In this document: in pieces, positions 31,647 to 42,367 of the stretch
Position numbering within the stretch: position 1 is the first letter of the stretch
Layout: each line of letters starts with the position of its first letter
Assembly: GCA_965217895.1 (NCBI GenBank)
Contig: CBDCJV010000002.1
Coordinates: forward strand, 1,056,001-1,120,000
Direction: 5' to 3'
DNA from: Waterburya sp.
Lineage (GTDB): Bacteria; Cyanobacteriota; Cyanobacteriia; Cyanobacteriales; Xenococcaceae
DNA: 64,000 bases
Program-made: the position numbers and the translations under genes
Notes under the pieces: generated by a model
What the model was told of the DNA's origin: nothing
The model's database searches: none
Seen by the model: only the letters and a program-made list of their open reading frames with translations

Positions 31647-31678
31647 TTGACTCTATGGCCGACTGTAGAGTTTAAACT
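31647..31678 (+). promoter_or_regulatory. MerR-family-type promoter/operator
   Basis: TTGACT-20 bp-TAAACT with dyad ACTCTA...TAGAGT. Confidence 0.82.
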
Positions 31679-31710
31679 AACTTTAGAACTAAGTAAACGA
31701 GATAAAAATT

Positions 31711-31905
31711 ATGACCATCGAATTAAAAGTCCCAAACATGGCTTGCGGTGCTTGCGCTAAGACTATTACTCAAGCACTTATTAATATAGACCCTAGAGCG
31801 ACTGTTAAAGTCGATCCCAAAACCAAAAAAGTAACCGTAGAGAGTAACGCTTCCGAGTCATCCGTCCGAGAAGCGATCGCTGCTGCTGGCTATCCTGCTG
31901 CTTAA
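31711..31905 (+). CDS. Copper chaperone, HMA domain (Atx1/CopZ-like)
   Basis: MACGAC motif, 64 aa. Confidence 0.9.
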   Translation: MTIELKVPNMACGACAKTITQALINIDPRATVKVDPKTKKVTVESNASESSVREAIAAAGYPAA

Positions 31906-31979
31906 AACATTGAACATTTATCAGTAAGTTTAATTAGCAAAATGACAAATGCTGAATAGAATTCTATTCCTTGCAAATC

Positions 31980-34262
31980 ATGAATACGAAAACAAATGTA
32001 GAAAAGATCAATCTCAAACTCAGAGGGATGAGTTGTGCTTCTTGTGCCAGCAGTATCGAAGAAGCGATTAATAATGTGCCTGGAGTGGCGGAATGTAACG
32101 TCAACTTTGGTGTCCAACAAGCTGCAATTAAATATAATCCCAGTCAAACCAGCATTGAAGACATTCAAGAGGCAGTAGAAGAGGCAGGATACTCGGCTTA
32201 TTCTCTCCAGGAACAAGAGATGGTTACGGGAGAAGACGATCGCGAACAAGCAGCACGTAAAGCCGAATCTCGCGATTTGATTCGTAAAATGATTGTTGGT
32301 GGCGTAATTAGCGTCATTTTAATTATTGGTTCTTTACCAATGATGCTGAGATTGAATTCACCTTTTATCCCTGCATGGTTGCACAACCCCTGGCTACAGT
32401 TAATTCTAACTGCGCCAGTACAGTTTTGGTGTGGCTACAGGTTTTATGTCGGTGCGTGGAAATCCTTTAAGCGTCATGCTGCAACGATGGATACTCTAAT
32501 TGCTTTGGGTACGAGTGCAGCATATTTCTATTCGTTATTCGCTACCATCTTTCCTGGTTTCTTTCTCAGCCAAGGCTTGATGCCAGAAGTTTACTACGAA
32601 ACCGCAGCCGTAGTTATCACTTTAATTTTACTAGGGCAGTGGTTTGAGAATCGGGCAAAGGGACAAACCTCAGATGCCATTCGTAAAATGATGGGTTTAC
32701 AGGCAAAAGATGCCAGGGTAATTCGTAACGGAAGAGAAATAGATGTTCCCGTTAATGAAGTACAAATTGACGACATCATCTTAGTTCGCCCTGGAGAAAA
32801 GATTCCTGTAGACGGGGAAATCATTAGCGGTAATTCCACTATTGATGAAGCGATGGTAACGGGAGAAAGTATTCCCGTTAAAAAGCAAGCAGGGGATGAA
32901 GTTATTGGTGCAACTATTAACAAGACAGGTAGTTTTAAATTTAAGGCTACCAGAGTTGGTACGGACACAGTATTAGCGCAGATCGTTCAACTGGTGCAGG
33001 ATGCCCAAGGTTCAAAAGCACCTATACAAAGATTAGCTGACCAAGTAACGGGCTGGTTTGTACCCGTGGTAATTGCGATCGCCATTGCTACTTTTGTCAT
33101 CTGGTTTATTATTATGGGCAATGTGTCTCTGGCTTTGATTACAACAGTTGGGGTGTTAATTATTGCCTGTCCCTGTGCATTAGGTTTGGCTACTCCCACT
33201 TCCGTCATGGTAGGTACTGGTAAAGGTGCAGAAAACGGAATTTTAATTAAAGATGCAGAGAGTTTAGAATTGGCTCATAAACTGCAAACTATTGTCCTCG
33301 ATAAAACTGGCACGATTACGGTCGGAAAACCCACTGTTACCGATTACAATACCGTTAGAAATGTTAGCGATCGCGCAGAATTAAAATTATTACGCTTAGT
33401 CGCAGCAGTCGAACGTAATTCCGAACATCCTTTAGCCGAGGCGGTAGTAAGATACGCCCAGTCACAGGATATTGAACTACCAGAAAGCAATGATTTTGAA
33501 GCAGTAGCAGGTAGCGGAGTACAAGGAACTGTTTCAAATCGCTTAGTACAAATTGGTACTCAACGCTGGATGTCTGAGTTGGGGATCGAAACCGATACTT
33601 TACAACAACAAAAAGACATTTGGGAAGCTGAAGCCAAAACCGTAGTGCTAATTGCCGTAGATGGCGAACTAGAGGGTATTATGGGTATTGCCGATGCGGT
33701 CAAACCTTCTTCCACCGCAGCCGTCAGGGCATTACGTAACTTAGATTTAGAAGTAGTAATGCTGACAGGAGATAATCAAAAAACAGCAGAAGCGATCGCC
33801 CGTCAAGTGGGTGTAGTGAGAGTAGAAGCCGAAGTACGCCCCGACCAAAAAGCAGCCAAGATAAGGGAACTACAGCAGGAAGGTAAAACCGTTGCAATGG
33901 TAGGAGACGGTATTAATGATGCCCCTGCACTAGCTCAAGCGGATGTAGGAATTGCCATTGGTACGGGAACGGATGTGGCGATCGCAGCTAGTGATATTAC
34001 GCTCATTTCGGGAGAGTTACAGGGTATTGTTACGGCAATTGAGTTGAGTAAAGCAACTATGAATAATATTCGTCAAAATCTCTTTTTTGCTTTTATTTAT
34101 AACGTCATTGGTATTCCCATTGCAGCAGGGATCTTGTTTCCTTTGTTTAGCTGGTTGCTCAATCCAATTATTGCAGGAGGGGCGATGGCGTTTAGTTCGG
34201 TTTCGGTCGTAACTAATGCTTTGCGATTACGTAATTTTAGTCCATCAAAATCCAGAATTTAA
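31980..34262 (+). CDS. Cu(I)-translocating P1B-type ATPase (PacS/CopA-like)
   Basis: [37 protein letters not shown] and MAFSS motifs. Confidence 0.95.
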   Translation: MNTKTNVEKINLKLRGMSCASCASSIEEAINNVPGVAECNVNFGVQQAAIKYNPSQTSIEDIQEAVEEAGYSAYSLQEQEMVTGEDDREQAARKAESRDLIRKMIVGGVISVILIIGSLPMMLRLNSPFIPAWLHNPWLQLILTAPVQFWCGYRFYVGAWKSFKRHAATMDTLIALGTSAAYFYSLFATIFPGFFLSQGLMPEVYYETAAVVITLILLGQWFENRAKGQTSDAIRKMMGLQAKDARVIRNGREIDVPVNEVQIDDIILVRPGEKIPVDGEIISGNSTIDEAMVTGESIPVKKQAGDEVIGATINKTGSFKFKATRVGTDTVLAQIVQLVQDAQGSKAPIQRLADQVTGWFVPVVIAIAIATFVIWFIIMGNVSLALITTVGVLIIACPCALGLATPTSVMVGTGKGAENGILIKDAESLELAHKLQTIVLDKTGTITVGKPTVTDYNTVRNVSDRAELKLLRLVAAVERNSEHPLAEAVVRYAQSQDIELPESNDFEAVAGSGVQGTVSNRLVQIGTQRWMSELGIETDTLQQQKDIWEAEAKTVVLIAVDGELEGIMGIADAVKPSSTAAVRALRNLDLEVVMLTGDNQKTAEAIARQVGVVRVEAEVRPDQKAAKIRELQQEGKTVAMVGDGINDAPALAQADVGIAIGTGTDVAIAASDITLISGELQGIVTAIELSKATMNNIRQNLFFAFIYNVIGIPIAAGILFPLFSWLLNPIIAGGAMAFSSVSVVTNALRLRNFSPSKSRI

Positions 34263-34283
34263 GCAAGAATGAAATAATTTATC

Positions 34284-34832
34284 ATGTTGAATAAAAGCAA
34301 AATTATTAGCAGTTTAGCAGGGTTAGGATTTTTGTTGGCTTTAACTCCTAACATTACGCTTGCACAAAAGGTAGAAATGCCCGCTTCGGCGGGTGAACAA
34401 ACTAGCCAATTTCAGAAGCTCGAACAGCCTTTAAGCTTAAAGTTTGCCGTTGCTGTAGGTGGTTTGGGCTTAATAGGTGCAGAACTTTGGTGGTTTATGT
34501 TTAGTAAAAATAAATCCCAAAAAGCCCAGGTTAAACAGGGAATTCAAGAGGTAGATATTGTGGTAGACGGTGGCTATATACCAGATAGAATCGAAGTAAC
34601 TGCTGGCGAACCTGTTAGATTAAACTTTTATCGTCAAGATCCAAGTAGCTGTTTAGAACAGGTATTATTGCCTGACTTTAATAAGGCTCTTGATTTAACT
34701 TTGAACCAAACTACTTCAGTCGAAATCGTGCCAGAAAAACCAGGAGAGTTCACCTTTACCTGTGGGATGAATATGTATCGAGGAATAATTACCGCAAAAA
34801 TTGCCAATTCTGATATACAGAAAATATTATAG
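34284..34832 (+). CDS. Membrane-anchored cupredoxin-domain protein (CupA-like)
   Basis: VDGGYIPD.I.V, PSSCLE, FTCGMNMYRG. Confidence 0.88.
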   Translation: MLNKSKIISSLAGLGFLLALTPNITLAQKVEMPASAGEQTSQFQKLEQPLSLKFAVAVGGLGLIGAELWWFMFSKNKSQKAQVKQGIQEVDIVVDGGYIPDRIEVTAGEPVRLNFYRQDPSSCLEQVLLPDFNKALDLTLNQTTSVEIVPEKPGEFTFTCGMNMYRGIITAKIANSDIQKIL

Positions 34833-35781
34833 TCAGCGATTACTTCACCATGGGCGTTAACAGCTTGGGCAAATGCTTGACAATAAAAGCGTAGGTTAAT
34901 ACACAATGGAATATACTGACAAAGTAGATTCCATGGAAAGAACACGCGAAACACATTCGCGCTGCTATTAACATTAGATTAATAGTAAAATATTTATCAT
35001 CTTCTTTGAGACAATTGATATAAATTATATTTATCTATAAATCTAAAAATATACGTATTATATCTGTGATTTAATTTAAAATTTATAGAATATAAAACTA
35101 TTTTACGTGATTCATTTACTCTCTACTTCAGTAATATTCTGACAAGCAGTCGCGATCGCCTGTGAAATTGCTAAACCTAATGCCGAACCGAGCGTCTCTC
35201 TAGAGCGAGCGTAATTAAATGGTAACAACCACTAAATCTAAAAGTATTAATTATATTACTGTTCTTAGATAATACTTTTTAGGTATTTATTCTTGTCTAA
35301 CGCAAGTCCTTAAATCCTTATAAAACCAAACTTTTGTCTCTACGAATACTAATTGTGCCAAAGTGTAACCTATATTACATTTTGACTTATCTTCATGCTT
35401 AACTTCCTTAAATTCACTGGTGAAAATCCGCCTAAAGTAGGATGCTTTACATAGCTCAAAACAACAATACACTTTTGTAAAAGCGAGTAATCTCATCTAT
35501 TTCTTTTGCAAGTTTGTTGAAGCATTCTTAAGTCATATCAATTGAATTATAGGTAAGGTTGTAATATCTTAACCTTTACTTCGACTGCTATAAATAAATT
35601 TATGTAATGCTGAAACTAAATGCTAATGAAACCAAGCAACATATAAATTTATAGATTATTTGTCATATTTTAAAGTTAATTGATTTGACAGTATGTTGTC
35701 CTTGAATATAGTTTGTTATGCTCTTGCTTTTATTTACACACAAAGAATTTAAACCTTAAATCCAAACGAAATATCTCGCCT

Positions 35782-36792
35782 ATGTCTTTTTCAATGATCG
35801 GAACTCAACGTTCGGGTTCTAATTTGCTGCGCCTAATGCTTAACCAAGTAGATAATGTCGCTGCTCCTCATCCTCCCCATATACTACAACGAATGATGCC
35901 TCTAGTCCCTCACTATGGAGATTTGAGCAATAAAGATTCTTTTTATATGCTGGTTGACGATGTGTGTCGTCTTGTAGAATTAAATCCTGTAACCTGGGAT
36001 GGGGTAATATTAGATAGAGCCAACGTGGCATCTCGTTGTCGAGAACAGTCTTTGATCGCAGTCTTCTTTGCAGTCTACGATGTTTTGGCAGAAACCTGGG
36101 GAGCAAAGCACTGGTGCTGTAAAAGTCTGGCTAATGTTTTTTACCTGCCAGAAATTAATGCCTATAGTCAAGATGCCAAGTTTATCTACCTGTATCGAGA
36201 TGGTAGAGATGTTGCCCTATCTTTTCAAAAAGCGGTAGTTGGGGAAAAGCATATCTATCATATTGCTCAGGGATGGGCAAACGCTCAACGTCGAGCTTTA
36301 CAGATGCGCAGCATTTTAGGTGAAGAGCGTTTTTACAGCATTAGCTATGAGCAACTAGTTGCCGATCCTGAATCTAGTCTGGAAGGTTTATGTGGATTTA
36401 TGGGCGAAAAATATACTCCTGAAATGCTGAATTTTCATCAATCCAACGAAGCCACCAATGCTGCTGCTTCCAGCTCTTTATGGGAAAATGTTACCAAGCC
36501 CATCATGAAGGAAAATATTAAAAAATTTCTCCAACAGTCTACAGATGAAGAGATTATGATCTTTGAACTAGTAGCTGGGGATGTTTTAGATGCTCTTGGT
36601 TATGAGCGAGTTAAAATCGCTTCAGGTAACGAAGCAGCGTTTAGCGATATTGCCATCAAGCAGTTTGATGAAATGAATCAGCACCTCAAGCAGGAAAAAA
36701 GAAAGGAAATGGATCCAGAAGATCTCGAAAGACGCGATCGCCAGGCTAGTTTATTAAAGGAAATTCAAGGTCGTAAATTAGTATCTGTCTAA
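35782..36792 (+). CDS. PAPS-dependent sulfotransferase family protein
   Basis: GTQRSGSNLLRLML (5'-PSB) and YRDGRDVALS (3'-PB) motifs. Confidence 0.85.
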   Translation: MSFSMIGTQRSGSNLLRLMLNQVDNVAAPHPPHILQRMMPLVPHYGDLSNKDSFYMLVDDVCRLVELNPVTWDGVILDRANVASRCREQSLIAVFFAVYDVLAETWGAKHWCCKSLANVFYLPEINAYSQDAKFIYLYRDGRDVALSFQKAVVGEKHIYHIAQGWANAQRRALQMRSILGEERFYSISYEQLVADPESSLEGLCGFMGEKYTPEMLNFHQSNEATNAAASSSLWENVTKPIMKENIKKFLQQSTDEEIMIFELVAGDVLDALGYERVKIASGNEAAFSDIAIKQFDEMNQHLKQEKRKEMDPEDLERRDRQASLLKEIQGRKLVSV

Positions 36793-36936
36793 TTTATGTA
36801 TGCAGTAGGCAGTAAGATATAAGCTCTATAAATATTCTTATATCTTACTGTCTGCGCTTGTTGCCAAATATCTATAAGCTAATTTTAAATTTGCTTGTAA
36901 GTTTAATCTCTAAAATGCCTAATCTTATCAAAAAGC

Positions 36937-38169
36937 ATGATTGAAAAAGTAGATTTTGAATCCTCTAAATCTCCCCTAAATTCCTCTGCGGTATCCTTAC
37001 CTTATTTATTTGGGAATTTTCTCAAAATTGGTAGTACAGCCTTTGGCGGCTTTATGGCTTTGGTTTCCGTCATCGAAAACATTATGGTGGACAAACGGCA
37101 ACTTCTAACCCATGAAGATATGCTTGATGGGATATCTTTAGCCAGCGTTTTGCCAGGGCCAGTAGCTGCTAACGTGGTAGCTTATGTTGGTTATCGTCTG
37201 CGAGGCGGTATTGGTGCGTTGATTGCAGCTACAGCCGTATTATTGCCTTCTTTTATTTTAGTAGTAGCCTTAACTATATTCTATTTACAGGCAGGAGAAA
37301 TACCTGCTGTTAATAAGGTGTTTGCTGGATTTATTCCTGCGGTAGTAGCAATTATTATCGGTGCCGCAACTCGCATGAGTAAAAAAGCAATTAAAGGCTG
37401 GCGTGAAGTAAGCATCGCTGCCGTTGCTGCTATTTTGCTGAAAACAATTGGTGGATTTTATATTACCCTAATTGTTATTTTGGGGGCAGGATTGGTCGGT
37501 TGGCTTTGCTATCAGGGCAGGGTAAGGAAAACTTTAGCTGCCAATCCCTTACCTCAACAATCTGAGCCTTTAAATATTAAAAGTATAGCTATTCCCCTGG
37601 TTATCTTGGCAGTAATTTTGCTATTTTCTTTGCTACCTTTACCTTTGGGGTCAGATAGCCTAGCTAAAATATTTGCTACTTTTGCGGGGATGAGCTTAAT
37701 GCTCTTTGGAGGGGGTTATGTCTTCATTCCCATGATCCAGGAAGTAGTAGTTAACAACTATCACTGGGTCACTCAAAGCCAGTTCAGTAATGCGATCGCC
37801 ATGGGGCAAATTACTCCCGGACCGATCTTAATTAGTGCAGCATTTATTGGCTATGTAGTCAAAGGAATTGTCGGCGCAGCCGTAGCAACCGTAGCTATCT
37901 TTGCACCTCCTGCCTTGCTGATGGTAACCATGTCTCATTTATTAGATCAGATTAAAAATTCGGTGGTGATCCAGGCGGCTTTAAAAGGTATTCGTCCTGC
38001 TGTAATTGGCATGATTTTTACGGCGGCGATCGTTGTTGCTCAAACTGCACAAATACATTGGGCTAGTTTACTTATTTTTGCTGCATCCCTATTCGCCATT
38101 TGGAAATTACGCCTGGAAGTAGTTTTAATTATTCCTCTGGCAGGATTGGTTGGCTTGTTCCTTTACTAA
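36937..38169 (+). CDS. chrA: Chromate ion transporter (CHR family, long-chain)
   Basis: FLKIGSTAFGG, LPGP, FGGGYVFIP, GQITPGPI. Confidence 0.9.
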   Translation: MIEKVDFESSKSPLNSSAVSLPYLFGNFLKIGSTAFGGFMALVSVIENIMVDKRQLLTHEDMLDGISLASVLPGPVAANVVAYVGYRLRGGIGALIAATAVLLPSFILVVALTIFYLQAGEIPAVNKVFAGFIPAVVAIIIGAATRMSKKAIKGWREVSIAAVAAILLKTIGGFYITLIVILGAGLVGWLCYQGRVRKTLAANPLPQQSEPLNIKSIAIPLVILAVILLFSLLPLPLGSDSLAKIFATFAGMSLMLFGGGYVFIPMIQEVVVNNYHWVTQSQFSNAIAMGQITPGPILISAAFIGYVVKGIVGAAVATVAIFAPPALLMVTMSHLLDQIKNSVVIQAALKGIRPAVIGMIFTAAIVVAQTAQIHWASLLIFAASLFAIWKLRLEVVLIIPLAGLVGLFLY

Positions 38170-38586
38170 ATGCTTGGTGGTTATTAGTATTTAAAAGAAT
38201 AGATAATATCGTGACTAATCCTGCACTACCTATTCTGCCAAAATCTTAATATTCATATTTTTCTAGCATTAGTAAAGATTTATCAGCAACGGATTGAATC
38301 AGCATACAACTCAGATAAATTGCCCACCCTAGCAGAATATTATTAGCTAATAGTAAAATGTGCTGGTTAAGAGATTAGAAAACAATGATGACTAGTAACG
38401 AACTCGATTGGTTAGCAGTATGTGGTTATCTCGGAGTGACACTGTTGGTAATATGGCGCATTTTTAAGTAATAAATAGTGTTTTAAATCGCTGGGAAATC
38501 TGTTTTCTTTGCAAAAAACAAAAAGTAAAGTACTCTGATTGTGAATTAGAGATAGTTTTAGACTAAATTTCCTGATTACTGAATAT

Positions 38587-39552
38587 ATGAAACGGATTTT
38601 TATTACTGGCGCAAGTGGTTGTATTGGTCACTACATTAGCGAAGCGTTAATTCAAAATACTAACCACGAACTATATTTGCTAGTCAGAAATCCTGATAAG
38701 CTTCAGTTTGATTATCAAGCTCGTTCAGGAATTCATATTCTCCAGGGAGATATGTGTCGTATTGAAGATTATAGCGACTTGCTGCTTAAAGATATTAACG
38801 TGGCAATTTTGGCTGCGACTGCATGGGGAGGAAAAGGCGAGACTTACGATATTAACGTAGTTAAAACTTTGGAGTTGATTAATCTGCTCAATCCCAAAGT
38901 TTGTGAGCGAGTTATTTATTTTTCTACAGCTAGCATATTAGACCAAAATAACCAGTTGTTATTACAAGCCAATCAATTTGGTCATGATTATATTCGTACT
39001 AAGTATCAATGTTTTGCTCAACTTTCTCAACAAGCGATCGCTGATAAGATTATCACCGTCTTTCCCACTCTAGTTTTTGGAGGCGAAAAAGACAAACCTT
39101 ATTCTCATTTGAGCGCAGGTATTACCGACGTAACTAGATGGATTGGCTTGATTCGCTGGTTTAGCGTCGATGGTAGCTTTCATTTTATCCATGCCAAGGA
39201 TATAGCTGGAGTAATCAGCTATTTAGTTGAGCATCCTGAATTTTATCCGTCACGAAAAAAAGAAAATAGAGAAGTAGACTGCCTGGTAATCGGTAATCCA
39301 GCCATCACCGTAGATCGGGCGATCGCCGATATAGCTCAATATTTTAATAAAAGAACTTATATCCGCTTCCCTCTATACATTTGGCTAGCTAATATTTTTA
39401 TTCAAATTTTTCAGATTCAAATGGACACTTGGAGCCGTTTTTCCCTTGATTATCGCCACTTTACCTACACTAATCCCGTTACTCCCGCTAGCTTCGGTAT
39501 GACTAATTACTGCTCTACTGTAGAAGAATTAATGGCGGTTTCAGGGGTTTAG
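38587..39552 (+). CDS. NAD-dependent epimerase/dehydratase family protein
   Basis: ITGASGCIG Rossmann motif; YIRTK. Confidence 0.85.
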   Translation: MKRIFITGASGCIGHYISEALIQNTNHELYLLVRNPDKLQFDYQARSGIHILQGDMCRIEDYSDLLLKDINVAILAATAWGGKGETYDINVVKTLELINLLNPKVCERVIYFSTASILDQNNQLLLQANQFGHDYIRTKYQCFAQLSQQAIADKIITVFPTLVFGGEKDKPYSHLSAGITDVTRWIGLIRWFSVDGSFHFIHAKDIAGVISYLVEHPEFYPSRKKENREVDCLVIGNPAITVDRAIADIAQYFNKRTYIRFPLYIWLANIFIQIFQIQMDTWSRFSLDYRHFTYTNPVTPASFGMTNYCSTVEELMAVSGV

Positions 39553-39683
39553 AGCATCAACTTTGAATTGATGAACAGAGACAGATGGAGAGGTGGAGGA
39601 GTAGAGGAGATGGAGAAGTATTATCTTTTACCCCAATTACCCAACTACCTCAATTACTCCTCAAAACAATTTTGACGGACTAG

Positions 39684-39782
39684 TATAGCCGTACAAAGTT
39701 AGATTAGGACAAGTTTGTTTGACTGCTCGTAAGTAACAAGTAACAAGTAACAAATGTCCTAATCTTAGTCCTTATTGCTATA
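39684..39782. mobile_element. MITE-like element with 3 internal heptamers (same family as 51093-51393, opposite orientation)
   Basis: TATAGC..GATTAGGACA..CTCGT(AAGTAAC)3AAATGTCCTAATC..GCTATA. Confidence 0.72.
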
Positions 39783-39843
39783 AATAGTAGGAATGACATC
39801 ACTAATATAAAACTATAGTTTTTTATGTGGACGGGATTGAAAA

Positions 39844-41538
39844 TTAGCTTACGGTTGAAGCCAAAAAATTATCGACTTGGGCAAGCTGATAATCTGGGAT
39901 GCAGTTATGCTCCATATAAAAGCGATATTCATCTTTGGCGCGATCGCATTGTTCTGTAGTCCAGTCACAGTACCTTTGCAGTATATTTGTAATTGTAGGC
40001 AATAAATTCATACCGTAATGACCATTCATTGCCAAAGTGGTACGACGACGCATAATATCTACTAAAGTATGGGCAAATTCTCTTTCGACAGCGTAGACTA
40101 TCTGAGCTTTAATATCTAAGACATTGGGACTTAAAGGCTCACCTAAATCAGGGTTGTCTTTAATTAAAGCCAAAACTTCTAAGGCTCTAGCACCATAAAT
40201 TGAAAATAAATGATAAATAGTATTAGCTGTCAAAGTTGAGTCATATTCTAGAATTGCCTGCTCAACCCGTGAATCGCTAGGCAGAATACACCCAGGCAAA
40301 GGCAGAGAATCGGTTTGACATGGCTTTGGCGATCGCTTTGTACGTTTGAGAATATCATCTACCATTTCTTCGCCGACGTTGCGATAGGTGGTTAACTTGC
40401 CACCAATCAGGGTAAGTAAGTTGTTAACGCCCTCTTTCTTATGATCGAAAATAATATGTTTACGGGTAATGCTACCTGGCTTTTTGCCCTCAGAGTTCGG
40501 TAGAGGACGGACTCCAGAATAAGTAAACTTGATATCATCTCGTCCCAAATTAGCGGTAGGAACAATGCTATTTGTTTCTCTCAACAAATAATCAATTTCT
40601 TCATCATTAGCTTTAATATTTTCGATGTCATCTTTATAAGGTATGTCCGTAGTGCCAATCAAATACATACCTAACCAAGGAACAATAAAGAAAGGACGAC
40701 CATCTGATTTTGCTTCCACGTATAAAGTCGAACCTGGCGCACCAGGAAAGGGATCTACGACAATATGACTTCCTTTTGTACTACCATTTTTCTGAGTATT
40801 ACCAATTGACTTTTTATTTCCCTCTTTACTACCCAATTGACAGACGCGATCGATCCAAGGTCCTGCGGTATTGATTACCATTGCGTTAGCACTACCCGAA
40901 ATGGTAAAGCTTTCTCCCGTCAGCTTATCTTTACAAACAACATCGGTGATACGGGAGTTTTTAAGCGGAAGCTCAGTAACTTCAACATAGTTAAATATGG
41001 TCGCCCCAGCATTTTGCGCCGAGATAATATTTTCCAAGCAAAGACGCTCTGCTAAAGTAACCTGTCCATCATAATATTGTGAACCACCTGCCAAATCATC
41101 ATCATCAAGAGAGCGAAATAGCTGTTTAAACTTTGCTTTGGGTAGCATTCGATGAACGGGTAAAGTCTTATCAAAGCTAAAAATATCGTAAAGAATCATC
41201 CCTGCCCAAATTTTCCAATAGGGACGAGAGCGATCGCGATAAATGGGTATAGTTAACTGAAGAGGAGTAACCAAATGCGGGGCGTTACGCAGCAACACTT
41301 CTCTTTCTTTTAAAGATTCTCTGACTAACGGAAATTCAAAATACTCTAGATAGCGTAAGCCACCGTGAATCAAGCGGGTAGACCAGCTAGAACTACCGCT
41401 AGCAAAATCATTCTTCTCCACCAAGATTGTTTTTAAACCCCGCAAAGCTGCATCTCTCGCCACACCTGCACCATTGATTCCGCCGCCAATAATAATTACG
41501 TCGTAGTCTGTTTGTTGAATTTGAGCAAAATCTCGCAT
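39844..41538 (-). CDS. glpD: FAD-dependent glycerol-3-phosphate dehydrogenase
   Basis: IGGGING, SSWSTRLIHGGLRYLE, GVRPL, GGKLTTYR. Confidence 0.93.
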   Translation of the reverse strand: MRDFAQIQQTDYDVIIIGGGINGAGVARDAALRGLKTILVEKNDFASGSSSWSTRLIHGGLRYLEYFEFPLVRESLKEREVLLRNAPHLVTPLQLTIPIYRDRSRPYWKIWAGMILYDIFSFDKTLPVHRMLPKAKFKQLFRSLDDDDLAGGSQYYDGQVTLAERLCLENIISAQNAGATIFNYVEVTELPLKNSRITDVVCKDKLTGESFTISGSANAMVINTAGPWIDRVCQLGSKEGNKKSIGNTQKNGSTKGSHIVVDPFPGAPGSTLYVEAKSDGRPFFIVPWLGMYLIGTTDIPYKDDIENIKANDEEIDYLLRETNSIVPTANLGRDDIKFTYSGVRPLPNSEGKKPGSITRKHIIFDHKKEGVNNLLTLIGGKLTTYRNVGEEMVDDILKRTKRSPKPCQTDSLPLPGCILPSDSRVEQAILEYDSTLTANTIYHLFSIYGARALEVLALIKDNPDLGEPLSPNVLDIKAQIVYAVEREFAHTLVDIMRRRTTLAMNGHYGMNLLPTITNILQRYCDWTTEQCDRAKDEYRFYMEHNCIPDYQLAQVDNFLASTVS

Positions 41539-41622
41539 AAAGCAGGTTCTATATAGTTCAATATTGTTAATTAATTACTTATAACTTAACTAAATTAGAA
41601 ATCAAATTCTACATAACATCTT

Positions 41623-42144
41623 TTGACTGCTCACCCGCATGAATGACGGGTGATTCTAGCTATTAGCTTTCAGCTATTAGCTTTTAGCTTTTGATTAAGA
41701 GCATTTATCATTCTAGAAACTTCATTTATCTTATCTGTTAGTAGCTGAGATTTGCTATTATCTAAATATCCTAAATCTCTGGCTATTAATATTTGACACT
41801 TAACTTCACAAGCGCTACCTTGTGCTATGTCTAGAAAACGACTAAATTCTTTATCCCCATTGCGTCCACAGCCCTCGGAAATATTAGATTCAATCGATAC
41901 AGATGCTCTTCTTATTTGATTGGTTAAACCGACCTTTTCATCGGTTGGAAAATCTTTAGTTATTTTGTATAAGTTAACAGTGAAATTATGTGCTTTTTGC
42001 CATACTTTGAGTTGCGTGAAGTCTTGCATTAAATTAAGTATTAACTATTAGTTAATATTGTATACAAAAGCTAAAAGCTAAAAGCTAAGAGCTAACGCAA
42101 AGTCACCTTAGAAGGATGAGGCTTTAAACCCAGAGCGACGGTAA
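41623..42144. mobile_element. Non-autonomous element with IS200/IS605-like ends carrying a four-helix-bundle gene
   Basis: Left hairpin TCACCCG-CATGAATGA-CGGGTGATTC after TTGAC; right end ...GAAGGATGAGGCTTTAAACCCAGAGCGACGGTAA; no tnpA or tnpB. Confidence 0.5.
41670..42029 (-). CDS. Four-helix-bundle protein (23S rRNA IVP / TIGR02436 family)
   Basis: LKVWQKA...FP.DE..GLTNQIRRASVSIESNISEGCGR...FL.IAQGSACE. Confidence 0.93.
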   Translation of the reverse strand: MQDFTQLKVWQKAHNFTVNLYKITKDFPTDEKVGLTNQIRRASVSIESNISEGCGRNGDKEFSRFLDIAQGSACEVKCQILIARDLGYLDNSKSQLLTDKINEVSRMINALNQKLKANS

Positions 42145-42208
42145 GAGCTAACGATTGTTCGCCCCTACCCAAAACTTAATCTGTTGCCAACTTTATTTGA
42201 CTTGGTAT
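42145..42208. repeat. Right half of a GTAG-REP MITE (family of 8651-8751)
   Basis: GTTCGCCCCTAC..TTAATCTGT..TTGGTAT. Confidence 0.55.
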
Positions 42209-42367
42209 AACTACAGACTTTTCTTCAACATTACTCGTACACAATCTATACCCCTAGCTTGAACTTCAAAGATAGAATTTTATAATTGCGATTGGCTGTG
42301 TGCAGCTTGTAATCCTGCTCTAAAAGCATTCAACAAAGATCGAACATTTGCCCCCAAACCAAAATTA

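Noticed and set aside
35287..35496. 69-aa ORF in the AT-rich spacer after the copper genes
   Set aside because: No recognisable family or RBS; cannot be supported from the sequence alone.
41670..42029. Avd gene of a diversity-generating retroelement
   Set aside because: No reverse transcriptase or template/variable repeat pair in the window.
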